From Candidatus Krumholzibacteriia bacterium (lineage in GTDB: Bacteria > Krumholzibacteriota > Krumholzibacteriia > LZORAL124-64-63): a DNA stretch of 47,283 nt. A model generated the notes under the pieces. The model was given only the letters and a program-made list of their open reading frames with translations. It made no database searches and was not told the DNA's origin. The stretch is taken from the NCBI GenBank assembly GCA_036351155.1, contig JAZBOO010000026.1:1-47283 (forward strand), in the 5' to 3' direction. The position numbers and the translations under genes were made by a program. Below are positions 9,996 to 20,893 of the stretch, piece by piece (the first letter of the stretch is position 1; each line of letters opens with the position of its first letter).

Positions 9996-10454
9996 GTGTT
10001 TTCACAGACCGTAGAATATGCCATGCGGGCCATGCTGGCCCTGGCCACCGGTGACGGAACCCCCATGACCACCCGCCACATCGCCGAGGTCATGAAGGTG
10101 CCCCAGAGCTATCTCTCGAAGGTTCTGCAGTCGCTGGTCAAGGCCGGGCTGGTGTTTTCCACCCGTGGCCTCAAGGGGGGATTCGTTCTGGTCAAGAAGC
10201 CGTCGGAAATCTCCCTGCTGGAAATTCAGAATGCGGTCAATCCCATCAAGAGATTGCATTCCTGCCCCCTGGATCTGGAAACCCACAATTCTGAACTCTG
10301 CCCGCTGCATCGGCGACTGGATCACGCCATGGGCATGGTGGAAGAGGCCTTTTCCCGGACCACCCTGTCCGAGGTTCTGTCCGAGAACAATCCCTGCCCC
10401 ACGCTTCAAAACCAGCTCAACACCTTGAAAGAAATCAACCAGAAGCCTTCCTGA
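9996..10454 (+). CDS. Rrf2 family transcriptional regulator
   Basis: SQTVEYAMRA, YLSKVLQSLVKAGLV.STRG.KGGF, CPL...LCPLH. GTG start after GGAGAG. Confidence 0.9.
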   Translation: MFSQTVEYAMRAMLALATGDGTPMTTRHIAEVMKVPQSYLSKVLQSLVKAGLVFSTRGLKGGFVLVKKPSEISLLEIQNAVNPIKRLHSCPLDLETHNSELCPLHRRLDHAMGMVEEAFSRTTLSEVLSENNPCPTLQNQLNTLKEINQKPS

Positions 10455-10466
10455 GCGGCCCCGGTT

Positions 10467-11627
<1,161 letters not shown>

Positions 11628-11646
11628 GCGGGGCATCCTCCGGTGA

Positions 11647-13887
11647 TCAGTCAAAAAATGGCAACAAATTCCCCAGACGCAGAGACAGAGCGTCGGCCCC
11701 ATCTTCACTGCGGGCATAGGTGGCGGAAACCGGCCCCAGGAAAGTCTGGAACATCAGCGACACAGAGGCACAATAGTGCAGGTCATCCAGGCTGGCATCC
11801 TTCGACTGGCGCCAGGCGTTGCCGGCCTCGATCCTGGCTCCCACATACCACAGGGTGGAGAACAGTTGCCGCTTTCCCTTGATGCGTGAGTACCAGGACA
11901 GGGAAGCCAAGCCGTAGACCTGGCCTCGGAACTGGTCGGGGCGGTATCCTTCCAGGCCCTCGGGCCCGCCCAGGGTGAAGAGGTCGAACTCCGGCAGGTC
12001 GGTGTCCAGGTCGCTGCCACCGTGCAGTCCGAGGGCGAAACTCTGGTTGGACCAGGTGCGCACCAGGGTGCCGATGGCCTCGAGCCGCGTGTATTCCAGG
12101 TCAGCCCCCAGGTGCTTCTGACCAAAGTATGCCCGGGACAGCAGGCGGTAACCTCGTTCCGGAAAAACGGCCGCATCCAGCATGTCCAGATTCAGCGAAG
12201 CGGTGTACCCGCCCCGGGGCCCCTCGAACTTGTAAAGGTTGAGGTTGGTCTTGTCGGTGGCGTGCATATGTCCATACTCAACACCCACCCGCAACTCGCC
12301 GAAGTGGCCCAGTCGGTAGCCCAGATCCAGGTATCCGGTCACGTCCTCTTTCTTGAAATCGCCCAGGTTGATTTCCTGGATGTACCAGTTCTTGTACTGG
12401 TTGTGCCAGCGCAGGGCGGTGGCCACGAAGGGACGGCGCGTGTAGGCCAGGGGTTGATACAGCTCCAGCTTGATGCCACTGGTGCGCCCCAGTTGGAGAT
12501 CCGTGCGCAGCTCGGAACCCCAGCGGTTCATTTCCAGTCGGGTGGCGCGAAACCGGGCGTCCAGGTAGCTGCGCCCTTCTGAACCTCCGGAATAGCTCAA
12601 CCCCATGTTCAGCACGTTGGGCGCGTAGAACTTGTCGTTGGTGATGATGGTCAGGAGGGTTTGCCTCTGCTCATCCTGGGTGATCTCGAAATCGACCAGT
12701 TCGAACACTCCGAAATCGAACACACGGCCCAGGTCTTCCTTCAACGCGTCCAGATCCAGAGGGCGTCCCTTTTCCTGACGGATGTTGCGCAAGATGGACC
12801 GGTCATCCACCTGGGAGTTGTTCACCAGGACGATCTGATCGATGATCAGAATCTCCCGGGGCACCGGCCGGTGGGCTTTCAGATGATCAAGGTAGTCTTC
12901 CGTGGAGAGAGAGAGGGCCCGGAGCTCCTGAGCCATGGCCAGGGCGGCCTGGCGTCCCAGGGGAATGGTCTCGGGTACACGGCTGAAATCTCGACTCGAG
13001 ATATCCTGCAGGTCCACCGAGATGACGTAGTCGGCCAGGGCCAGCTGGGGGACAACATTTTGCCGGGCCTGGATGATGCCGGTCTGTTCCGTGACCCCCA
13101 TCAGGGACTGGAACTGATCGGGGTGGGCTGCCGAGGGCAGGGTGCCCACATCGACGGCGATCACGATGTCGGCGCCCATGCTCCGCACCACATCCACCGG
13201 CAGGTTGCGCGCCAGGTAGCCGTCCACCAGATAGCGCCCATCCCACTCGACCGGGGGGAATACCCCCGGAATGCTCATGCTGGCCCGCACCGCCTTGAGC
13301 AGGTTTCCCTTCTCCAGAACGACCATCTCTCCAGTGGAAAGGTCCGTGGCCACGGGACGGAAGGGGTAGGGCAAGGCATCGAAGCCATGGCGTCCATCCA
13401 GGTAGAGGCTGGAGTTACGAAAGGCGAACCCCAGCTTTTGTCCGGAAATGATTCCGCTGGACAGCACCAGACTCCGGTCCTTGACCCCGAATTCCAGGGG
13501 GAGGAAAAACGAGGAATCATCCTGCTTGCGGCGATAGTTGCGCAGCCTCCGGTCAGGTCGGTCGGAAAAGAGGTCCACCCAGTCCACGGCCAGCATTTCC
13601 GCTTCGATGGTGTCGGGACTGAGCCCGATGGAAAACAGGGCCCCGACGATGGACCCCATGCTGGTGCCGCTCACGTAGTCCACCGGAATGTTCAGTTCCT
13701 CGAGAATCTGGAGCACGCCCACATGGGCGGCCCCACGTGCGCCACCGCCACTGAGGGCCAGGCCGATCTTGGGTCGCTTGGGAGCAGTGGGGGGTTCCTG
13801 AGCCAGGGCACTCGAGCAGAAAAAGCCCACGATCAACATCCCGGCAATGGCCCTTCCCACAAGTCTGGAAAGATGGGTGGTGGTCAT
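11647..13887 (-). CDS. Patatin-like phospholipase with POTRA and Omp85-type barrel (PlpD-like)
   Basis: Signal peptide; LSGGGARG, GTSMG and DGY motifs; POTRA-like middle region; beta-strand-rich C-terminus. Confidence 0.85.
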   Translation of the reverse strand: MTTTHLSRLVGRAIAGMLIVGFFCSSALAQEPPTAPKRPKIGLALSGGGARGAAHVGVLQILEELNIPVDYVSGTSMGSIVGALFSIGLSPDTIEAEMLAVDWVDLFSDRPDRRLRNYRRKQDDSSFFLPLEFGVKDRSLVLSSGIISGQKLGFAFRNSSLYLDGRHGFDALPYPFRPVATDLSTGEMVVLEKGNLLKAVRASMSIPGVFPPVEWDGRYLVDGYLARNLPVDVVRSMGADIVIAVDVGTLPSAAHPDQFQSLMGVTEQTGIIQARQNVVPQLALADYVISVDLQDISSRDFSRVPETIPLGRQAALAMAQELRALSLSTEDYLDHLKAHRPVPREILIIDQIVLVNNSQVDDRSILRNIRQEKGRPLDLDALKEDLGRVFDFGVFELVDFEITQDEQRQTLLTIITNDKFYAPNVLNMGLSYSGGSEGRSYLDARFRATRLEMNRWGSELRTDLQLGRTSGIKLELYQPLAYTRRPFVATALRWHNQYKNWYIQEINLGDFKKEDVTGYLDLGYRLGHFGELRVGVEYGHMHATDKTNLNLYKFEGPRGGYTASLNLDMLDAAVFPERGYRLLSRAYFGQKHLGADLEYTRLEAIGTLVRTWSNQSFALGLHGGSDLDTDLPEFDLFTLGGPEGLEGYRPDQFRGQVYGLASLSWYSRIKGKRQLFSTLWYVGARIEAGNAWRQSKDASLDDLHYCASVSLMFQTFLGPVSATYARSEDGADALSLRLGNLLPFFD

Positions 13888-14179
13888 GAAAACTCCCGGT
13901 CGGGCAAAGAAAACGTCACGATGTTGGGGGGAGGTAAAATTATATCGCCCCGGGCGACGGAGGCGATAAAAGAATGGGGAGGCTGGGCGAATCTGTCGGG
14001 TGGCAAGCCATTGTGTCGGGCCAAGATGTGAAGCATGATGTCAGCGACTCGACGCCTCCCCATTCTGAACGGAAGACACTCTATCAGGTTTTTTAACAAA
14101 AAAGCCATCGCAAATTTGCTGGATGCTGAAAAAATTGCCGTTCAAGACTTCTTTTTGGGGCCAGCAACTAATTGATCTT

Positions 14180-16255
14180 TCAGGATTTGGCGTTCATCTC
14201 TTCGGTCACCACCACGGCCCGGGATTCCACCTTGACGGACCCCGCCAGAACGGGGCGCTCCTTGCCGGGAAGGATGAGGTCCAGCGGCGAAGCGGCCGCC
14301 GTGTCGATGACCCGCCTCCATTGCCAGTGAGAGCGGTTGGCAGGCAACTGGAAAACCAGGGGTTTGGCCGAGGCATTCAGCATGACGTGAAGGATCTGAC
14401 GGTCCCCGGGGCGGCCCAGCGTGAAGGCCAGTGATCGTGAGCTCGGGGTCCAGTCGGGCTTGCCCAGCTGGGTGCCGTGCCAGGTGATTTCCCCCGGCCT
14501 GGCGGGAGAGGTGGCGGTCCAGAACCGGTTGTCATTCAGCAATTCGAGAGAGCTTGTGTAGCGGCGCAGGCGGTGCACGAAATGCAGGACTTCTTTTTCC
14601 TTTTCCACGGCGTTCCAGTCCAGCCAGTTCAACGCGTTGTCCTGACACCAGGGGTTGTTGTTGCCTTGCCGTGTGTGGCGCGCCTCATCTCCCATCAGCA
14701 GCAGGGGCGTGCCGTGGGAAAGGAAAAGAACGGTCAGGAAATTCTTGATCTGTCGCAATCGCAGCTGGTTGATGACCGGGTCATCGGTTTCTCCCTCGAT
14801 ACCGTGATGGAAACTGAAATTGTGGTCCGACCCGTCGCGATTTTCCTCGCCGTTGGCCAGGTTGTGTTTCGCTTCGTAGGAAACCAGGTCACGCAAGGTG
14901 AACCCGTCATGACAGGTCACGAAGTTGACGCTGTCAAAGGGCCGGTCACCTGGGAGGGAGAACAGATCACGGCTCCCGGTCAGACGGGCCATGAGGCTTT
15001 CAATGGTGTTCTCGTCGCCTCGCCAGAACCGTCGCACGTCATCGCGGAAGGGCCCGTTCCATTCGGCAAACTTTTTCCCGGGGAACTTGCCCACCTGATA
15101 GAGACCGCCGGCATCCCAGGCCTCGGCCGTCAGCCCTGTGCTGGCCAGTACCGGATCGCTTTCAATGGCCAGGATCACCGGGGGCCGTTCCAGAGGACGG
15201 CCATCCTGGTCCCGGGTCAGGGCGCTGGCCAGGTCGAAACGGAATCCGTCCACATGCATGTGCTCCACCCAGTAACGCAGAGAATCCTGGATCAGACGGC
15301 TGACCACCGGGTGGTTGGCATTGAAGGTGTTTCCGCAACCCGTGAAGTCGGCATACTTGCCCGGCGCATCGGGTGAGGGGATGTAGTATTGCCGGTTGGC
15401 CAGGCCCCGCCAGCTGAGACATGGTCCATCGGGCCCGGCTTCGGCCGTGTGGTTGAATACCACATCCAGGATGACTCTGATCTCTGCCCGGTGCAGGGCT
15501 TTCACCAGGTCGCGAAATTCGTCCACGGCACCGGCCGGGTCGGGGTGGCTGCTGAAGGCCGCGTGGGGGGAGAAAAAGGACTGGGTGCTGTAGCCCCACA
15601 CGTTGCTCAGGCCTTCCGGGGCATCCTGGCTGTCGAACTGGAAAATGGGCAGCAACTCGACCGCCGTCACTCCCAGGTCCCGCAGGTGATCGATGCGGTC
15701 GATCATCCCCGCAAAGGTGCCCCGCCTGTTCTCGGACAGTCCACTGGAAGGAGATCTGGTATACCCGGCCAGGTGCATTTCATAGAGAAACTCGCGCCCA
15801 TGATGCCGTCCGAGCGGGCGGTCACCTTCCCAGTCGTACCGATCAAGGTCGATCACCACACTGCGCAAGGCGCAGGCGCAGTTGTCGCCCCTGGCGCCGG
15901 CGGCGGATCGTCGATACAGCCGATCGCTGACCGCCCGACCGTAGGGGTCCAGCAAAACCTTGTCTCCGTCAAACAGGTGACCCTGAGACGGCTTGCGAGG
16001 GCCACGGGCACGCCAGGCGTACAGCTGGCCATGCCCGCACTCGGGCACCAGAATGTGCCAGTAGTCCCCCGTGCGGCAACATTCCGCCGAAAGAGTGAAA
16101 ACACGGTCGGGTTGCACGGCCGAAGGATCGGGGAACAGCAGCAGGTCCATACCCAGGGCATCGGGGCTGTAAACGGAGAAATTCACGCCAGCGGACTGGC
16201 AGGTGGCCCCCAGGGGGGCGGGATGACCGGGCTGATAGGACAGTTCTTGGCTCAC
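14180..16255 (-). CDS. glgX: Glycogen debranching enzyme (GH13 isoamylase)
   Basis: PLGAT...GVNFSVYS, DVVFNHTAE, VDGFRFDLA, AEAWD and FVTCHDGFTL motifs. GTG 16255 is the likely start (ORF extends to 16315). Confidence 0.93.
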   Translation of the reverse strand: MSQELSYQPGHPAPLGATCQSAGVNFSVYSPDALGMDLLLFPDPSAVQPDRVFTLSAECCRTGDYWHILVPECGHGQLYAWRARGPRKPSQGHLFDGDKVLLDPYGRAVSDRLYRRSAAGARGDNCACALRSVVIDLDRYDWEGDRPLGRHHGREFLYEMHLAGYTRSPSSGLSENRRGTFAGMIDRIDHLRDLGVTAVELLPIFQFDSQDAPEGLSNVWGYSTQSFFSPHAAFSSHPDPAGAVDEFRDLVKALHRAEIRVILDVVFNHTAEAGPDGPCLSWRGLANRQYYIPSPDAPGKYADFTGCGNTFNANHPVVSRLIQDSLRYWVEHMHVDGFRFDLASALTRDQDGRPLERPPVILAIESDPVLASTGLTAEAWDAGGLYQVGKFPGKKFAEWNGPFRDDVRRFWRGDENTIESLMARLTGSRDLFSLPGDRPFDSVNFVTCHDGFTLRDLVSYEAKHNLANGEENRDGSDHNFSFHHGIEGETDDPVINQLRLRQIKNFLTVLFLSHGTPLLLMGDEARHTRQGNNNPWCQDNALNWLDWNAVEKEKEVLHFVHRLRRYTSSLELLNDNRFWTATSPARPGEITWHGTQLGKPDWTPSSRSLAFTLGRPGDRQILHVMLNASAKPLVFQLPANRSHWQWRRVIDTAAASPLDLILPGKERPVLAGSVKVESRAVVVTEEMNAKS

Positions 16256-16438
16256 GGAACACTTCCTGGAGGAGGGTGATGGCACCAAGTTAACCTTTCG
16301 AGGAGAACTGGTCATCCCGAAATCAGTGTTAAATCCCCTCTCAAGCCAGCCGATAAAACTGAAAGATCAATCAGGTCGGGGCCACTGGACGGCCCTGGTT
16401 GACCGTTGCCCAAGACCCGTCGAGGAGTGTGCTGGCGC

Positions 16439-17746
16439 ATGTTGCTGGAAAATTTGAAGTTACTGGTGAAGGCTGGAAGTGATGCTCTGATGGAGACCTG
16501 TGGAATGCCGGTCGACGATGTGAGTATCAACCAGGTCCGCCAGGGACAGATCACCTTTCCCGGTGTGGCCAAGCTGAAATTCCAGAACGGTACCCTCGAA
16601 AGCGTCCGCGTGGGTGGGGACACCATGCTTTGCGGCCACCTGGCCGAGCACGGCCCCGAAGGGGAAAGCAAACCCGGCATCCAGAAGCTGGCCGAAACAT
16701 TTCTGGCCCTGGTCCTCGATGGCATGGAAGGGCGTTACCCACGAGGAGGCATCGAGAATCTGGACGTGGGACCGCGCGCCGTCCACACCCGGGGGACCCG
16801 GACCTTCGGCGTCAAGTTCCGCACCTCCATTGGCCAGCTTTTTGTTCTGGCCGAAGTCCCCTCGCGTCTGGAGTACGAGCAGGCCAAGGGCAGCGAATAT
16901 CTGGCGGGCATGCTGTCGACCTATCTGCCTTCCAGCTGGGCCTCCCGCGAAACCATCGACTCCACCGGCGTGATCGATTCTTTCCTGGTTCTGCTGAGAA
17001 AGGTCGAAGGCGATATCAACGTGGAGATGGTGCAGGAGACCGGCGGTCGCGAGGAACGCAACGGCATCCTGATCGAGCAGTGTTCTTTCGGCAAGGTGCG
17101 CGCCCTGCGGGTGAATCTGAACCTGGAACATGGGCCGGCCTCCCTGTTGAATGCAGGGGACCGCGTCTGCGCCTTCGTGGGCATTGCCGACCGGGCCGTG
17201 GAAATGGAACTGGAATACCTGGGCGCCGAAGCCTATCCGGTGGCCGGGGGCGGCACCCTGGATACGGCGCTGTTCAGCCTGCCGGGCGAGTTGAGAATCG
17301 GGCAACGACGCCGGGCCTTCCGTATCGACCTGTTGAATTCTCTGCCCGTCGAGGTGGAGGCCGTGGATGTGAATGCCGACGTGTCCGTCTGGTTCGCCAA
17401 CAGCAAGGGAAGCAGCGAGCGCTCGGGTCAGATGATCGACCTCAGTTTTTCCGGGGCCCGCATCATCGGCAACCCGGGTGAGTTCGTGGGAGAATTCCCC
17501 AAGGGCGCCATGGTCCGCTGCCGGGTGTATTTTCCTGATGAACCGTCTCCCGTATCGGTGCTGGGCATGGTGCGGCGCCGGGACACCAAGCTGGTGGATC
17601 GCCAGACCTACCAGGATGAAATCGGGATCGAGTTCGCCATCAGCCCCGAGGCCGACCGTGACGCGCTGGAAAAAATCCGCCAGTATGTCCTGAAGGAACA
17701 AAGGTCCGTGCTGGCCCGCCGAACCCAGGGTGCCGGGGCTCTCTGA
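16439..17746 (+). CDS. PilZ domain-containing protein
   Basis: QRRRAFRI (RxxxR) and DLSFSGA (D/NxSxxG) c-di-GMP motifs plus IGIEF; the N-terminal region is unassigned. Confidence 0.75.
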   Translation: MLLENLKLLVKAGSDALMETCGMPVDDVSINQVRQGQITFPGVAKLKFQNGTLESVRVGGDTMLCGHLAEHGPEGESKPGIQKLAETFLALVLDGMEGRYPRGGIENLDVGPRAVHTRGTRTFGVKFRTSIGQLFVLAEVPSRLEYEQAKGSEYLAGMLSTYLPSSWASRETIDSTGVIDSFLVLLRKVEGDINVEMVQETGGREERNGILIEQCSFGKVRALRVNLNLEHGPASLLNAGDRVCAFVGIADRAVEMELEYLGAEAYPVAGGGTLDTALFSLPGELRIGQRRRAFRIDLLNSLPVEVEAVDVNADVSVWFANSKGSSERSGQMIDLSFSGARIIGNPGEFVGEFPKGAMVRCRVYFPDEPSPVSVLGMVRRRDTKLVDRQTYQDEIGIEFAISPEADRDALEKIRQYVLKEQRSVLARRTQGAGAL

Positions 17747-17854
17747 CCCTTTCCCCACTTCTTTCCATGCTCGACTGTTGATCACGGACTTGTCCGGGCC
17801 GCCGTGGTGCGCTAGGCTGGGCGGCGTTGTGCAACCCTGACCGGATGGAATACC

Positions 17855-19207
17855 TTGCCCTATTTCTTCACCGTTCTGGCCCTGCTGGCGCTGTTGCTGG
17901 GCGGCACTCTTTCCTGGGTGTCCCGGCAAGAGCGTGAAGTGGTGGCAACCCGTCGATCCCTCCTGCTGGGCGGCGGTCTTTTCCTGGGCCTGATGGGTGT
18001 GGGCTGGGCGCCCTGGAGCGGAATCATCTTTCTCCAGATCGCTGTCCTGGCGGCCGCCCTGGCCGGCACGGTCTACCTGTTCTGGCCCACCCCGGCCCCC
18101 GAGGAACTGTCCCGGTCCGGCGCCGTGCCCCGGGTGGACGAACGCACGGTCATGTTTTCCCGCGCGGAACTGGAGCCGGGCACGGCCCGCTGGGAGGACT
18201 ACTATGCCCAGTACCCCGAGCACAGGGAACTGGATGATCGCTTCCGCCGCCTGCCCGGGCTGATGTCTCCCCGGTCCGGCAAGTATGCTCCGCTGTCGTT
18301 TGCGGCGGCGGCGGCCAGCTTCAAAACCGTGGACTGTCTGGTGGGGTTGATCAACGGGGAGTCCGCCCGGGAAACTGTCCCGTTGGATCCCGGTGAAGCC
18401 ACACTGTTTCTGAAGCAGTGGGCCCGCAAGCTGGGAGCGCTGGAGGCGGGGGTCACGGCCATGCGTCCCGAGCATTTCTACGCCGTCAAGGGGCGTGGTG
18501 AAAACTACGGCCAGCTGGTCCGGGTCGATCATGCCTTCGGGCTGGCCTTCACCGTGGAGATGGATCACCACCACCTGGGCACCGCTCCTGAGGGGCCCAC
18601 CCTGATGGAGTCGGCCCAGCAGTATCTGAATGCCGGAGCCATCGCCGTTCAGCTGGCGGAGTTCATTCGTCAGCTGGGCTATCAGGCCGAAGCGCATATC
18701 GACGGGAATTATCGGGTGGTGTGCCCGCTGGTGGCCCGGGATGCGGGGCTGGGTGAGATGGGCCGCATGGGTTTGTTGATGACGCCGCGCCTGGGCCCGC
18801 GGGTGAGGCTGGGGGTGGTGACCACCGACCTGCCCTTGCTTGCCGATCCGATCTTTTCCGACACCACGGTGCTGGACTTCTGTGCTCTTTGCCGCAAATG
18901 CGCCGATATCTGTCCGGCCCGGGCCATCCCCCAGGGGACACCCGAGACGGTTGATGGGGTGACGCGCTGGCAAATTGACCAGGCTGCCTGCTTCACCTAC
19001 TGGTGTGCGGTGGGCACCGACTGCGGGCAGTGCATGAAGGTATGCCCCTATGCCCATCCCGACTCCTGGATCCACAATGTGGTGCGCAAGGGATTGGCCC
19101 GGTCCGGGCGCTTCCGCCGTTTCGCTCTGGCCATGGATGACCTCCTGTATGGACGTCAGCCTGATCCGTCTCCATTGCCTCACTGGATTCCTGGGCGGGT
19201 AAAATAG
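17855..19207 (+). CDS. Reductive dehalogenase/QueG-like 2x[4Fe-4S] protein with N-terminal membrane helices
   Basis: AGLGEMGRMGLLMTPRLGPRVRL..VTTDLPL, FCALCRKCADICP and C..YW....TDCGQCMKVCP motifs; three hydrophobic N-terminal segments. Confidence 0.8.
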   Translation: MPYFFTVLALLALLLGGTLSWVSRQEREVVATRRSLLLGGGLFLGLMGVGWAPWSGIIFLQIAVLAAALAGTVYLFWPTPAPEELSRSGAVPRVDERTVMFSRAELEPGTARWEDYYAQYPEHRELDDRFRRLPGLMSPRSGKYAPLSFAAAAASFKTVDCLVGLINGESARETVPLDPGEATLFLKQWARKLGALEAGVTAMRPEHFYAVKGRGENYGQLVRVDHAFGLAFTVEMDHHHLGTAPEGPTLMESAQQYLNAGAIAVQLAEFIRQLGYQAEAHIDGNYRVVCPLVARDAGLGEMGRMGLLMTPRLGPRVRLGVVTTDLPLLADPIFSDTTVLDFCALCRKCADICPARAIPQGTPETVDGVTRWQIDQAACFTYWCAVGTDCGQCMKVCPYAHPDSWIHNVVRKGLARSGRFRRFALAMDDLLYGRQPDPSPLPHWIPGRVK

Positions 19208-19354
19208 GGCCCGGGCATGTTGTGGAAAAAGAACTACAACAAGATGCCCGGAACATTTTCTCTCCGCCTTACGTTTTGACAAGGCCTCGTTTGCCCCTCG
19301 GCCGAGATCGAGCTAGTTTTATTGTCCTACCTCATTTGACAAGGAGCCGGGATC

Positions 19355-19828
19355 ATGTTGGATCTTGACCGTTTGAACGACCATTCCCGACAGTTTGCCT
19401 CCTTGCTGTTCGCCCAGTGGCCCGAATGGTTACAGCACGCGCGATTCGACCCCTACGAGGATTTCGAGAAGGAGGCCCTGCTGGTGGAGGTCCCTCGCCC
19501 GGTGGATGGCTCGTCTCATGGCCTTTATATCACCACCAGCGAGTGGGAAGTTTCGGTCGGTTACGGCGAGAATTTTCACACCCGATTTGGTGTGTCCGGT
19601 GAAGGCCGGGGGGAGGGCGAATTCTATCACGCGGCTCTCAACTTCATTCGACGCTTCGTGGCCGAGGAAATTGTTCTGGCCACCGCCTATCAGGACAAGG
19701 AGTGGCTGGGGTCCTGGCAAATCGATCTGGAAAACGAAAGCCTGGACGAGGTCACGGTGGAAGATGGCGTGGAGGTCCAGATCCGCAGCTGGCGCGGCCG
19801 GCATGATTGTCGATTGCCCCGCGCCTGA
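19355..19828 (+). CDS. Hypothetical protein
   Basis: AAGGAG RBS and coding-like codon usage; no recognised motif. Confidence 0.65.
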   Translation: MLDLDRLNDHSRQFASLLFAQWPEWLQHARFDPYEDFEKEALLVEVPRPVDGSSHGLYITTSEWEVSVGYGENFHTRFGVSGEGRGEGEFYHAALNFIRRFVAEEIVLATAYQDKEWLGSWQIDLENESLDEVTVEDGVEVQIRSWRGRHDCRLPRA

Positions 19829-19890
19829 AACTGGGTCGGTTCTGTTTTCCTCTGCTTGAATACCCCGCCCTGTACGCTTACTGTACCGAC

Positions 19891-20886
19891 ATGAAAGATA
19901 TCCAGCATGCAGTCCTGATCGTCAATCCGGTGGCCGGCCAGGCCCGCGGCTTGAGGATTGGCCAGCAGATGCGTCAGGCCTTCGAAAAGAAGGGCATCAC
20001 CTGTTCGGTCCGCGTGACCAGCGGGCAAGGCGATGCACGGCGCTGGTCAGAAGAGGCCGCGGACACGGGATTTGACGTCATCGTGACCATTGGTGGCGAT
20101 GGGACGGTGGGCGAAGTGGTCTCGGGGCAGGCACGCACGGAGATCAAGGTGCCCATCGCCGTGGTCCCGGTGGGCACGGCCAACGTGGTGGCGCTGGCCC
20201 TGGCCTTGCCCTGGTTTCCGGGCATGGCTCTGGACAACATCCTGGATGGCCGGGTTCTTTCTTTCGACGTGGGCCATCTGCCGACGATGGACCGCTACTT
20301 TTTCCTGATGGCGGCCATCGGTTATCCCGCCCGGGTTATCCAGGACTCCCCGCGAAAACTCAAGAATCTTTTCGGGGTGTTCACCTACCTGGCCGCCGGT
20401 ATTCGCAATGCCCTGAAGCTGGATGAGGTGCATATCTTCATCGAGGAAAACGATGGTCGAAGCCACGAATTCACGGGCAACACCATCCTTCTGTCCAACA
20501 TCGGGGCCATCGGAGATATCAACCTGAAGGTGTCGCCCGACACCAGTGCCCACGATGGGAAGTTCGACCTCACCATCATCAGCAGCCGCTCGTTCTGGGA
20601 CCTCATTCTGGTGATTTTCCGCATGCTGACCTGGCGGCACCGTCCCACCAAGCGGTTGTACCACTTTCAGGCTCAGGACGTGGTGATTGCCACCGACCCT
20701 CCGGTCGAGGTGCAGATCGATGGGGAGGACGTGGGCCTGACCCCCCTCGAGGCGCGTATTGTCCCCAAGGGTGTGCAGTTCATCGTGGGGGATCGGTACC
20801 GGGAAGACGGGGGGCCGGTCAATTTCCTCAAGGATTTCAAGCTGCCCATGAACTGGGCGCGGAAATCCCGATCATCCGGCCATTGA
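19891..20886 (+). CDS. Diacylglycerol/lipid kinase family protein (YegS/DgkB-like)
   Basis: NPVAG, GGDGTVGEV, PVGTAN, DGKFD and QIDGE motifs. Confidence 0.9.
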   Translation: MKDIQHAVLIVNPVAGQARGLRIGQQMRQAFEKKGITCSVRVTSGQGDARRWSEEAADTGFDVIVTIGGDGTVGEVVSGQARTEIKVPIAVVPVGTANVVALALALPWFPGMALDNILDGRVLSFDVGHLPTMDRYFFLMAAIGYPARVIQDSPRKLKNLFGVFTYLAAGIRNALKLDEVHIFIEENDGRSHEFTGNTILLSNIGAIGDINLKVSPDTSAHDGKFDLTIISSRSFWDLILVIFRMLTWRHRPTKRLYHFQAQDVVIATDPPVEVQIDGEDVGLTPLEARIVPKGVQFIVGDRYREDGGPVNFLKDFKLPMNWARKSRSSGH

Positions 20887-20893
20887 CCCCGGA

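Noticed and set aside
16460..19282. 940-aa minus-strand ORF spanning two genes
   Set aside because: Antisense to the PilZ and RdhA-like genes, which carry clear motifs; it has none of its own.
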